Shown here piece by piece: positions 35,257 through 42,609 of a DNA stretch of 42,609 nt. Location of the stretch: positions 1-42,609 of the forward strand of contig DAOWCC010000001.1 in NCBI GenBank assembly GCA_030639665.1. Direction: 5' to 3'. How positions within the stretch are numbered: position 1 is the first letter of the stretch; each line of letters begins with the position of its first letter. The notes under the pieces were generated by a model. The model saw only the letters and a list, made by a program, of their open reading frames with translations, was not told the origin of the DNA and did no database searches. Source of the DNA: Elusimicrobiota bacterium. Lineage in GTDB: Bacteria > Elusimicrobiota > Elusimicrobia > Elusimicrobiales > UBA9959. Both the position numbers and the translations under genes were made by a program.

Positions 35257-36921
35257 ATGATAAATAACAAAAATTCAATTATTAAAACTCTTTTCTTATT
35301 CCTTATTATATTTCAGTTAGTCGCGTTTCAATCCGCTATTGCTCTCGGCGAAAATGAAATAACCGCCGATTATAAAGAAAAAATAATAAACACATCCCAA
35401 GCGCTGGGTATCGGCGTTTATGAAGATTTTCCCGTTGAATTTGCCGGCGAGAATGATGCCACAAAAGATGCAAAGCTCGTTTATGCGAATCCTTCAGATA
35501 ATAGAGTAATAAGAGAAATTGTTCCCACCCTTGTCGATATGAATAAGAGCGGAGACACTTTTGAAGTTGGGTTTTGGGATCAAGCCGCGGTTATGTGGCA
35601 TAATGCCGGTTTTATCGCCACTTTTATCGGTTCTCAAATCGTTGATAGCGGATTCCTGCCCTGGGTTGACGCGGCTCCCACATTTGAAGATATTTCCGAT
35701 AGGGCCATTAAAACCGTTAAAAACAGCAAATACAAACATGGCAAAAAAGGCGTATCCTTATTTGAGAATGAAGGTTTTATAAAGGAATTGGAAGATATTT
35801 CGGGAGCGAAATTCGCGGGCGGTAATTCCACCGATTATTTAATAGACGGTCCGGAATCTTTTGCCATGAAAAATAAATTAATGAGTGGCGCCAAGAAAAG
35901 CATTTATGTCGCCAGCTGGGCTTTATATGATGATATTACCGGCAAAGAAGCTGTGGATTTGCTTATATCCAAACACAAAGAGGGACTTGATATAAAGGTT
36001 ATAGTGGATAAGAAAGTTGTAGGCATACATGGCGCTGTGGTAATAGGAATGTTGGAAGATGCCGGTATAGAAGTTCTCAGATATCAGGAGAAAGGAAGAA
36101 GCGCGGATGTCTGGCATATCAAGATGATAATAATAGATGATGAATATGCCATAGTGGGCGGCATGAACTTCGGTAATGTTTATTCTCATAGGGGAGGCGG
36201 ACCCAAATGGCGCGATACTGAAATTTTATATAGCGGCCCCGCTCTAGCCGATTCGATAAAAATTTTTGAAGATACTTGGAACGCGAAAATTAAAGAGGAT
36301 AAACTTTCTCTGACTTTCATGAAACCTTTCGCGGGTTCCATTGCGCCAAAGGGGGATGTGAGAATAGCTCCCGTAGTTCAGAATCCTCCCACAGATTCCA
36401 AAGTATTGTTAAGTATGCTTAAAGGAATTTACGGCGCGGGCAAAACGGTTAATATAGAGAACGCTTATTTTGTCGCTGTTCCCGCCATTACCGTGGCTGT
36501 TCTTGACGCTCTTGATAGAGGTGTTGAAGTTAATATATTGACAAATTCCGATAAGACCTTAAACGAGCAATGCAGGTCAATGTCGGTTCCTTTGCTAAAA
36601 AGCTTAGCTGTTCTTTTAAAATCAGGCGCCAATATCTATCTTAAGCAAGGCGATACCGTGCATAGCAAGTTTATGACCGTTGACGGAATATTCGCGAATA
36701 TAGGTTCTTATAATCTTCACCCCAGAGGCGAAAGATATGACACTGAACTTAATGTTAATGTCATAGGCTCTTCGGGCGTGCGAGAATTGGATGAGGCTTT
36801 TCAAAATGATATATCCAAAGCAAAAAAGATTTTAACGGTTGAAGAGCTTGGAATAAAGGATACATGGCTTTCAAGAATAATAGAAAATTATTTCCTGGCT
36901 CAGCTTAAACAGGGAAAATAA
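35257..36921 (+). CDS. secreted or membrane-anchored phospholipase D superfamily protein, two HKD motifs (paralog 2)
   Basis: Start chosen by homology to paralog 1 (MINNKNS...). HIKMIIID...GGMN and HSKFMTVD...GSYN. Confidence 0.85.
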   Translation: MINNKNSIIKTLFLFLIIFQLVAFQSAIALGENEITADYKEKIINTSQALGIGVYEDFPVEFAGENDATKDAKLVYANPSDNRVIREIVPTLVDMNKSGDTFEVGFWDQAAVMWHNAGFIATFIGSQIVDSGFLPWVDAAPTFEDISDRAIKTVKNSKYKHGKKGVSLFENEGFIKELEDISGAKFAGGNSTDYLIDGPESFAMKNKLMSGAKKSIYVASWALYDDITGKEAVDLLISKHKEGLDIKVIVDKKVVGIHGAVVIGMLEDAGIEVLRYQEKGRSADVWHIKMIIIDDEYAIVGGMNFGNVYSHRGGGPKWRDTEILYSGPALADSIKIFEDTWNAKIKEDKLSLTFMKPFAGSIAPKGDVRIAPVVQNPPTDSKVLLSMLKGIYGAGKTVNIENAYFVAVPAITVAVLDALDRGVEVNILTNSDKTLNEQCRSMSVPLLKSLAVLLKSGANIYLKQGDTVHSKFMTVDGIFANIGSYNLHPRGERYDTELNVNVIGSSGVRELDEAFQNDISKAKKILTVEELGIKDTWLSRIIENYFLAQLKQGK

Positions 36922-36965
36922 AAAGTGCTAAAACGCTAAAGAAACAGAGTTTTAACTAAAGATTG

Positions 36966-37008
36966 CCCCCACACATAGAGCATAAAGTATGTGTGGGGGT
37001 ATTTTTTT
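36966..37008 (+). terminator. Strong intrinsic terminator after PLD paralog 2
   Basis: cccccacacata (36966-36977) / tatgtgtggggg (36988-36999), a perfect 12-bp stem with a 10-nt loop, then tattttttt. Confidence 0.85.
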
Positions 37009-37013
37009 GTTTC

Positions 37014-37048
37014 TCTAAACTCTAAATTCTAAATTCTAAACTCTGAAC
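37014..37048 (+). repeat. Tandem heptamer TCT(A/G)AA(C/T) x5
   Basis: tctaaac, tctaaat, tctaaat, tctaaac, tctgaac. Confidence 0.75.
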
Positions 37049-37087
37049 TTTTTGTTTCTGTGGCAATATTCCCTTAAAAAACATAAA

Positions 37088-37648
37088 ATGTATCTTATGC
37101 ATACCGATATAAAAGAAGTGCTTATAACCGAAGAACAGATTGCGGTTCGCGTTAAAGAGCTTGCTAAAAGAATAAACAAAGATTATAAAGGGCGATGCCC
37201 CGTTTTTGTTGGCGTGTTGAAAGGATGCGTATTTTTTCTTTCAGACCTTTTAAAACATATAACAATAGATTGCCATGTTGACTTTATGGGTCTTTCGTCT
37301 TATTCGGGAACCAAGTCAACGGGAATTGTGAGAACGATTTTGGATTTAAAAGAGAGCATAGAAGACAGGGATGTTATAATCGTGGAAGATATAGTGGATT
37401 CCGGCCTTTCAATGGAATATCTTCTGCATAATTTTAAAAGCAGACGGCCAAAGACGGTAAAAATATGCACTATGCTTGATAAGCCCTCCGCCAGAAAAGT
37501 TCATATTCCGGTTAAATACGCGGGATTTAAAATCCCTGAAAAATTTGTAGTCGGTTATGGCTTGGACTTTAATGAGCTTTACCGCAATTTGCCTTATATC
37601 GGAGTAATTAAAAAATCAGTTGTTGAAAAGGATAAGAAATGCCGCTAA
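37088..37648 (+). CDS. hpt: hypoxanthine phosphoribosyltransferase
   Basis: VFVGVLKGCVFFLSDL, IIVEDIVDSGLSMEYL, KYAGFKIPEKFVVGYGLD. Start at ATG 37088 or 37097. Confidence 0.92.
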   Translation: MYLMHTDIKEVLITEEQIAVRVKELAKRINKDYKGRCPVFVGVLKGCVFFLSDLLKHITIDCHVDFMGLSSYSGTKSTGIVRTILDLKESIEDRDVIIVEDIVDSGLSMEYLLHNFKSRRPKTVKICTMLDKPSARKVHIPVKYAGFKIPEKFVVGYGLDFNELYRNLPYIGVIKKSVVEKDKKCR

Positions 37649-39486
37649 AAAAAATCTCCAACAAAATACCCTTAAATAAAAATAATAGACAAATTCTATT
37701 TTGGGCCATTACCTTTCTTCTTTTTATCGCGCTTTACCATAACTTTAAAAATTTGGAAACCGTGAAACAAATTCCTTATTCGGAATTTAAACAAAAATTG
37801 AAGTCCAAAAAAATATTGAAAGTAACTATCGCGCCTAATTTGATAAAAGGAGAAATGCAAGATAGCGGCGTGGATATTAAGTTTAGAACTTTACCCCTTC
37901 CCGACGCTAAGCTTATTGAAGATTTGGAAGCGAGCGGTATTAAATCTTTCGCGGGCGAGCCGGATAGAAGCTGGGTTCTCAGTTTGATTTTAAATGTGGG
38001 TTGGATTTTCCTTTTCATTTTTTTATGGTGGTTCTTATTTTTAAGGCAAGGCCAAATGGGCGGCAAAAGCAGTCCTATGAGCTTTGGGCGTTCGCGCGCT
38101 AAAGAGCAGGATGTAAAAAAACAGAAAGTCTCGTTTAAAAATGTTGCCGGTTGTGACGAAACTCTGGAAGAGTTGAAAGATATAGTGGATTATCTTAAAA
38201 ATCCCAAAAAATATAAACACTTGGGCGGTATTCTGCCCAAGGGAGTGCTTTTATTCGGCCCTCCAGGCACGGGTAAAACTTTGCTTGCCAGAGCTGTCGC
38301 GGGGGAAGCGCAAGTTCCTTTTTACACCGCTTCAGGTTCCGAGTTCGTTGAGATGTTTGTCGGCGTTGGAGCTTCGCGTGTTAGAGATTTGTTTGAAAAA
38401 GCCAAGAAAACCGCTCCCGCCATAATTTTTGTCGATGAATTGGACGCGGTCGGCAGACGGAGATTTGCCGGCATAGGCGGCGGCCATGATGAAAGAGAAC
38501 AAACTTTAAATCAGCTTTTGGTTGAGCTTGACGGTTTTGAAGGCAATGAGAATGTAATTTTAATTGCCGCGACCAATAGGCCGGATGTGCTTGATCCCGC
38601 CTTGCTTAGGCCCGGACGGTTCGACAGGCGCATAAATGTTCCCAGCCCCGATAGTAAAGGCAGGGAAGAGATTTTGCAGGTACACGCTAAAAAAATAAAA
38701 CTTGCTCCCGATATTGATCTTTCAATTATAGCCAGAAGAACTCCCGGTTTTGTCGGCGCTGATTTGGCCAATATTATAAATGAATCGGCGATATTCGCGG
38801 CAAGAAAAGACAAAAAATTTGTTGAGATGGAAGATATTGAAGAATCCATAGAAAGAGTCATAGCCGGGCCGCAGAGAAAATCAAGAATAATATCCGATAA
38901 AGAAAGAAGAGTCATTGCTTTTCACGAAGCCGGCCATGCCTTAGTCGCCAAGATTTTGCCTCATACGGACCCCGTGCATAAAATATCCATAGCGCCCAGA
39001 GGGCCGGCCTTGGGCTATACTCTGCAATTGCCTATTGAAGATAAGTACTTAACCACCAAGACCGAGATTGTAAATAAACTTTCAATTCTTTTGGGCGGCA
39101 GAGCCGCTGAAGAAATAGAGTTTAATGAAATTACAACCGGAGCGCAGGATGATTTATCCAAGGTTACCAATTACGCTCGAAAAATGGTTCTTGAATTTGG
39201 CATGAGTGAAAAAATAGGTTTAATAACTTTAAGAAAAGATGAGGACGAAGTGTTTTTGGGCCGCGATATTGCCAAACAGCCCGGTTATTCCAATGAAATG
39301 GCTAAGAATGTCGATGATGAAATTAAGAGAATAGTTAATGAATGTCATATAAAAACAAAGGAAATACTGGTTGATAAAAGACATTTGCTAACCGCTTTGG
39401 CTGAAAGGCTTTTGGAAAAAGAAGTTCTGGAATCTGAAGAAATTGACAAGATAGTTAATGGCGAAGCCGCTCCTCAAACCGCTTAA
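37639..39486 (+). CDS. ftsH: ATP-dependent zinc metalloprotease FtsH
   Basis: Two TM segments, [20 protein letters not shown] region, HEAGHA. Confidence 0.97.
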   Translation: MPLKKISNKIPLNKNNRQILFWAITFLLFIALYHNFKNLETVKQIPYSEFKQKLKSKKILKVTIAPNLIKGEMQDSGVDIKFRTLPLPDAKLIEDLEASGIKSFAGEPDRSWVLSLILNVGWIFLFIFLWWFLFLRQGQMGGKSSPMSFGRSRAKEQDVKKQKVSFKNVAGCDETLEELKDIVDYLKNPKKYKHLGGILPKGVLLFGPPGTGKTLLARAVAGEAQVPFYTASGSEFVEMFVGVGASRVRDLFEKAKKTAPAIIFVDELDAVGRRRFAGIGGGHDEREQTLNQLLVELDGFEGNENVILIAATNRPDVLDPALLRPGRFDRRINVPSPDSKGREEILQVHAKKIKLAPDIDLSIIARRTPGFVGADLANIINESAIFAARKDKKFVEMEDIEESIERVIAGPQRKSRIISDKERRVIAFHEAGHALVAKILPHTDPVHKISIAPRGPALGYTLQLPIEDKYLTTKTEIVNKLSILLGGRAAEEIEFNEITTGAQDDLSKVTNYARKMVLEFGMSEKIGLITLRKDEDEVFLGRDIAKQPGYSNEMAKNVDDEIKRIVNECHIKTKEILVDKRHLLTALAERLLEKEVLESEEIDKIVNGEAAPQTA

Positions 39487-39488
39487 AG

Positions 39489-39873
39489 GCAGATTAAGAT
39501 TAAGGTTGAGGTTAAGAACAGCGAGATAAACTGCCAAAACAAATCTCCCCCCCAGCCCCTCTTTGTCAAAGAGGGGAGAAAGAATAAAACTTCCCCCTTT
39601 ACAAAAGGGCTTGTCCTTCCGAAGTCTTGGCGAAGGAGGAGGTTAGGGGGATTTTGACAGAATAAACGGCTCAAAACATTTGACAGGATTAACAGGATAA
39701 AACAGAAGCAAATCGCAGAGGACGCAGAAAAAGAATATTGAGAATAAAAAAACTTTGCGGACTCTCTGTGTGAAATCTCAGTGCCCTCTGCGTTAAAAAG
39801 AGTTCCCCGCCAAAGGCGGGTTAATTTATCTGCAGTATTTGTATTCTTGGGCTTGACCTTAATTTTAACCTGC
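39489..39873 (+). repeat. Composite element: hexamer-hairpin arms (copy 5) separated by a 325-nt GC-rich, hairpin-dense insert
   Basis: 5' arm 39489-39518 is gcag-attaag-attaag-gttgag-gttaag-aa. 3' arm 39844-39873 is ttcttgggcttgaccttaattttaacctgc. 28 of 30 positions pair (5 G-U). Confidence 0.75.
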
Positions 39874-39895
39874 AGTTCTATTTAAGGATTTATTA

Positions 39896-40672
39896 ATGTA
39901 TCTTCATTACGCGAAAAATATCATAGATATATTTGTTGTTTACGCCATAGTGTACCATTTGATACTCCTTATCAAGGGCACCAGAGCCATGCAGGTAATA
40001 TGGGGAGTTTTTATTCTCGCCATCATTACAGCCATAGCCAAACTTTTAAATTTATCCGCCACCATGTGGATGATGCAGCAATTTTGGCTTGCCGGTATTT
40101 TTCTTTTAATCGTGGTGTTTCAGCCTGAAATTCGTTCCGCTCTCGCTAATATAGGAACCAATCCTTGGGGAAGGATTTTGATGCCGCAAGAATATAAATT
40201 TATAAAAGAAATGATAAGCGCTTTGCGGGCCGCTTCTCACGACAGGACCGGAATGATTATTGTTCTTGAGCAGGATATGGGGCTTAAAGATATTATGGAC
40301 ACCGGCATTATGGTGAACGGAGAAGTAAGCAAAGAGCTTTTGCTCACAGTATTTTTTAATAAGACTCAGCTTCATGACGGGGCGGTAATAATAAGCAATA
40401 ATCGTCTGGTTGCCGCCGGCTGTATATTGCCTTTGACCGAACAAAGAGAGCTTTCAATGATGCTTGGCATGAGGCATAGAGCCGCTCTTGGTCTGAGCGA
40501 AATTTGTGATTCGATTATAATTGTGGTAAGCGAGGAAACGGGGCAAATCGCTTTGGCAAGAAACGGCAAGCTTCAGCAAGCGGTGGATATTGATAAACTT
40601 GAAAATATGCTTTATACTCTTTACCGCTCAAAATCGGAAAAAACTTTACTTAGAAGGCAGTCAAGACAATGA
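39896..40672 (+). CDS. cdaA: diadenylate cyclase CdaA (three N-terminal TM segments plus DAC domain)
   Basis: LHDGAVIISNNRLVAAGCILPLT, RHRAALGLSE, VVSEETGQIALARNG. Confidence 0.93.
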   Translation: MYLHYAKNIIDIFVVYAIVYHLILLIKGTRAMQVIWGVFILAIITAIAKLLNLSATMWMMQQFWLAGIFLLIVVFQPEIRSALANIGTNPWGRILMPQEYKFIKEMISALRAASHDRTGMIIVLEQDMGLKDIMDTGIMVNGEVSKELLLTVFFNKTQLHDGAVIISNNRLVAAGCILPLTEQRELSMMLGMRHRAALGLSEICDSIIIVVSEETGQIALARNGKLQQAVDIDKLENMLYTLYRSKSEKTLLRRQSRQ

Positions 40673-40767
40673 ATCTTCCCGAATTTATAGTCAAAAATTG
40701 GCAGATTAAAATCCTCTCGCTTATAATAGCCATCCTTATTTGGTATTTTAAACTCAGCAATATATAG
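40669..40767 (+). pseudogene. 32-codon remnant of cdaR/ybbR (N-terminal TM helix only)
   Basis: ATGA overlap with the cdaA stop. MNLPEFIVKNWQIKILSLIIAILIWYFKLSNI* resembles the N-terminal anchor of YbbR-domain CdaR. No YbbR domains follow in any frame. Confidence 0.45.
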
Positions 40768-40827
40768 GTCGCGTTGTTTGTCGTTCTTTTAATAAGTTTC
40801 CATATTTGATAAGTTATCGTAGTAGCG

Positions 40828-40857
40828 GCAGGTTGAGGTCAAGATTAAGGTTGAGAA
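40828..40857 (+). repeat. Hexamer-periodic element, copy 6 (5' arm only)
   Basis: gcag-gttgag-gtcaag-attaag-gttgag-aa. No 3' arm before the next gene. Confidence 0.6.
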
Positions 40858-40898
40858 AAAAATTTTTATTCTAAAAATAAAAGGAAACGAGGTAAAAA

Positions 40899-42609
40899 AT
40901 GAAAATAAAAAATATTGTTTTAGCCGGAATATTTTTACTGTTTGGAGCGTTCAGCTCAAGTTCAGCCGCTTTTAATCCTGAGGGCTGGGACAGCAATAAT
41001 AATTTTCCTCTTATAGGTTCGCCTAAAGCCAAAAAGGGCGGCGAGTTTAAATATTTCTGGACAAATTTTCCTCCCACATTAAGAACTGAGGGACCAAATT
41101 CACAGTTTGTGCCTAATAGTGAAATTCAGAGTTTGATGTATGAATCCTTGGTAGGTCTTCATCCCGAAACGATGGAATATGTTCCCGGACTTGCAGATTA
41201 TTGGAAAGTGTCCTCTGACAAAAGAAGATTTTCATTTCATATAAATCCGAAAGCCAAATGGTCTGACGGCAGTCAGGTTACTGCCGAGGATGTTGTGGCT
41301 ACTTGGGAATTCAGAACTCGTAAAGATATAAAAGACCCTTTTTCCGTTATGCTTTGGGGTAAGAGTTTTGAAAAACCGGTCGCTGAAAGCAAATATGTGG
41401 TTTCGGTAAAAACGAAAGAGCTTAACTGGCGTTTATTCTTGTATTTCGGAAACATGGCAATATATCCCGCTAAAGAAATAAAAGGGCTTACCGGAGATAA
41501 ATATCTTAAAGACTATAATTGGAAAATGTGGATGGGTTCGGGGCCTTATGAATTAAAGCCCGAGACTATTGTAAAAGAAAATTCCCTGTTTGTTACAAGA
41601 CGCAAAGATTATTGGGCTGAAAAAGAAAGAGCGAATATAGGTCTTAATAATTTTGACAAGATATCATGGAAAGTTATTTTAGATGAAGAATTGGCTTTTG
41701 AGAAATTTAAAAAAGGCGAAATTGACTATTATGTTGTGGGAAAAGCGCAAAGATGGATTGAGGAATGTGATTTTGACAAAATAAAAAAAGGCTGGATTCA
41801 AAAAAGAAAAATTTTTACGCAAGAGCCGAAAGGTCATGGCGGTTTTGTTTTTAATATGAGAAAACCGCCTTTTGATAATAAAAATGTCAGAAAAGCTTTT
41901 GCTTTTCTTGTCAACCGTGAAAGGCTTATAGATAAGCTTTTTTTTAATGAATATGATTATATAGACAGCTATTATCCCGGTGGAGATTGGGGTAATTCCG
42001 ATAATCCGAAAATTCGTTATAATCCGCGCCGAGCCGCAAGGCTTCTTAAAAGAGCCGGTTGGACAAATAGAAACAAAGACGGCTGGCGTGTCAATAAAGA
42101 CGGAGAAATTTTTGAATTGACTCTTGAATATGGTCAGCAAGGGTCTACCAGAATTCATAAGGTTATCAAAGAGGAGATAGAAAAAGCGGGAATTAAATTT
42201 AATCTTAAATTGATTGATTCCAGAACTTTAATGAAAAAAGTCAGTGAACGCAAGTTTACTATTCATTTTCAAAGTTGGAGAGCTACATTGTTTCCAAATC
42301 CGAAGAGTTCGTGGAATTCAGAGCTTGCCGGAGCGCACACAAATAATCTTCCGGGTTTTAAGAATAAAGGAGTGGATGAATTGTGTAAAAAATATAATGT
42401 TACATTTGACAGGGCGGAGCAGAAAAAGATTATAGGGGAAATAGACGGCATAATTTTTAGAGTTCATCCGTATGCTCTTGGATGGTATGGTAATAATAGT
42501 CGTGTTCTTTATGAGAATAAATTCGGACATCCTAAAGAGTATTTTTCAAAAATTGGCGATTACAATGATATAAAAACTTTTTGGTGGTATGATAGGGCAA
42601 AAGAAAAAG
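40899..42609 (+). CDS. ABC transporter substrate-binding protein, family 5 (peptide/oligopeptide type), 3'-partial at the window edge
   Basis: Not in the ORF track because no stop is reached. My translation from ATG 40899 stays open to nt 42609. Signal MKIKNIVLAGIFLLFGAFSSSSA; WSDGSQVTAEDVVATWEF; GPYELKPE; RKAFAFLVNRE. SD aaggaaacgagg upstream. Confidence 0.85.
   Translation, partial: MKIKNIVLAGIFLLFGAFSSSSAAFNPEGWDSNNNFPLIGSPKAKKGGEFKYFWTNFPPTLRTEGPNSQFVPNSEIQSLMYESLVGLHPETMEYVPGLADYWKVSSDKRRFSFHINPKAKWSDGSQVTAEDVVATWEFRTRKDIKDPFSVMLWGKSFEKPVAESKYVVSVKTKELNWRLFLYFGNMAIYPAKEIKGLTGDKYLKDYNWKMWMGSGPYELKPETIVKENSLFVTRRKDYWAEKERANIGLNNFDKISWKVILDEELAFEKFKKGEIDYYVVGKAQRWIEECDFDKIKKGWIQKRKIFTQEPKGHGGFVFNMRKPPFDNKNVRKAFAFLVNRERLIDKLFFNEYDYIDSYYPGGDWGNSDNPKIRYNPRRAARLLKRAGWTNRNKDGWRVNKDGEIFELTLEYGQQGSTRIHKVIKEEIEKAGIKFNLKLIDSRTLMKKVSERKFTIHFQSWRATLFPNPKSSWNSELAGAHTNNLPGFKNKGVDELCKKYNVTFDRAEQKKIIGEIDGIIFRVHPYALGWYGNNSRVLYENKFGHPKEYFSKIGDYNDIKTFWWYDRAKEK

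Noticed and set aside
39483-39674. 63-aa minus-strand ORF in the ftsH-cdaA spacer
   Set aside because: It lies inside the hairpin-dense insert, has no RBS, and is the only minus-strand candidate in a window where everything else is on the + strand. The peptide is low-complexity.
2071-40857. The hexamer, heptamer and octamer repeats as a CRISPR array
   Set aside because: The units are 6-8 nt and contiguous, or form inverted arms. There are no direct repeats of about 24-40 nt separated by unique spacers, and no cas genes.
41679-42158. 159-aa minus-strand ORF, plus smaller ones at 40871-41077, 41273-41455, 42269-42451 and 42318-42530
   Set aside because: They are shadow ORFs antisense to the long open + frame encoding the family-5 solute-binding protein (40899 to the window end). 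The peptides are Phe/Ile/Lys-rich, as expected for AT-rich antisense frames.

Overview
All roughly 60 genes in this 42.6-kb window lie on the + strand. By eye it is a low-GC bacterial chromosome segment using the standard genetic code. I saw no rRNA, tRNA, CRISPR array or transposase.

Gene content, in order:
- Nt 1-1233: a compositionally foreign-looking stretch. It holds an unknown ORF that uses CGN arginine codons, a 126-nt GC-rich element and about 330 nt of hairpin-rich non-coding DNA. It sits where rpsJ would normally precede rplC.
- Nt 1234-17557: a contiguous S10-spc-alpha ribosomal superoperon (rplC-D-W-B, rpsS, rplV, rpsC, rplP, rpmC, rpsQ, rplN-X-E, rpsN, rpsH, rplF, rplR, rpsE, rplO, secY, adk, map, infA, rpmJ, rpsM-K-D, rpoA, rplQ). 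Both rpsJ and rpmD are missing.
- Directly abutted to rplQ: mreB-mreC-mreD-mrdA-rodA, then DUF2344-rng, an Amidase_3 cell-wall amidase and murI.
- Nt 28.5-37 kb, the accessory-looking part: an orphan HicA-like gene, a lipoprotein/ComB-like/queC/queE operon, a small CxxC protein, and two paralogous signal-peptide-bearing HKD phospholipase-D proteins flanking a HEAT-repeat plus permuted-papain (C92/YiiX-like) protein.
- Then hpt-ftsH, cdaA, a 32-codon remnant of cdaR, and a 3'-truncated family-5 solute-binding protein that is absent from the ORF track.

Most notable observations:
1. A family of hexamer-periodic, G-U-rich long hairpin elements sits immediately after stop codons (6 copies). In one copy the arms are split by a 325-nt structured insert.
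2. Poly-A frameshifts interrupt essential rplF (at a perfect A_AAA_AAA slippery heptamer) and queE (at an A10 run).
3. The PLD / C92 / PLD secreted-enzyme module shows a mosaic pattern of paralog identity.
4. A purine-rich repeat-derived C-terminal tail is fused to PBP2.
5. Octamer and heptamer tandem arrays occupy several intergenic regions.

Everything rests on reading the sequence and recalling motifs. No database search was run.
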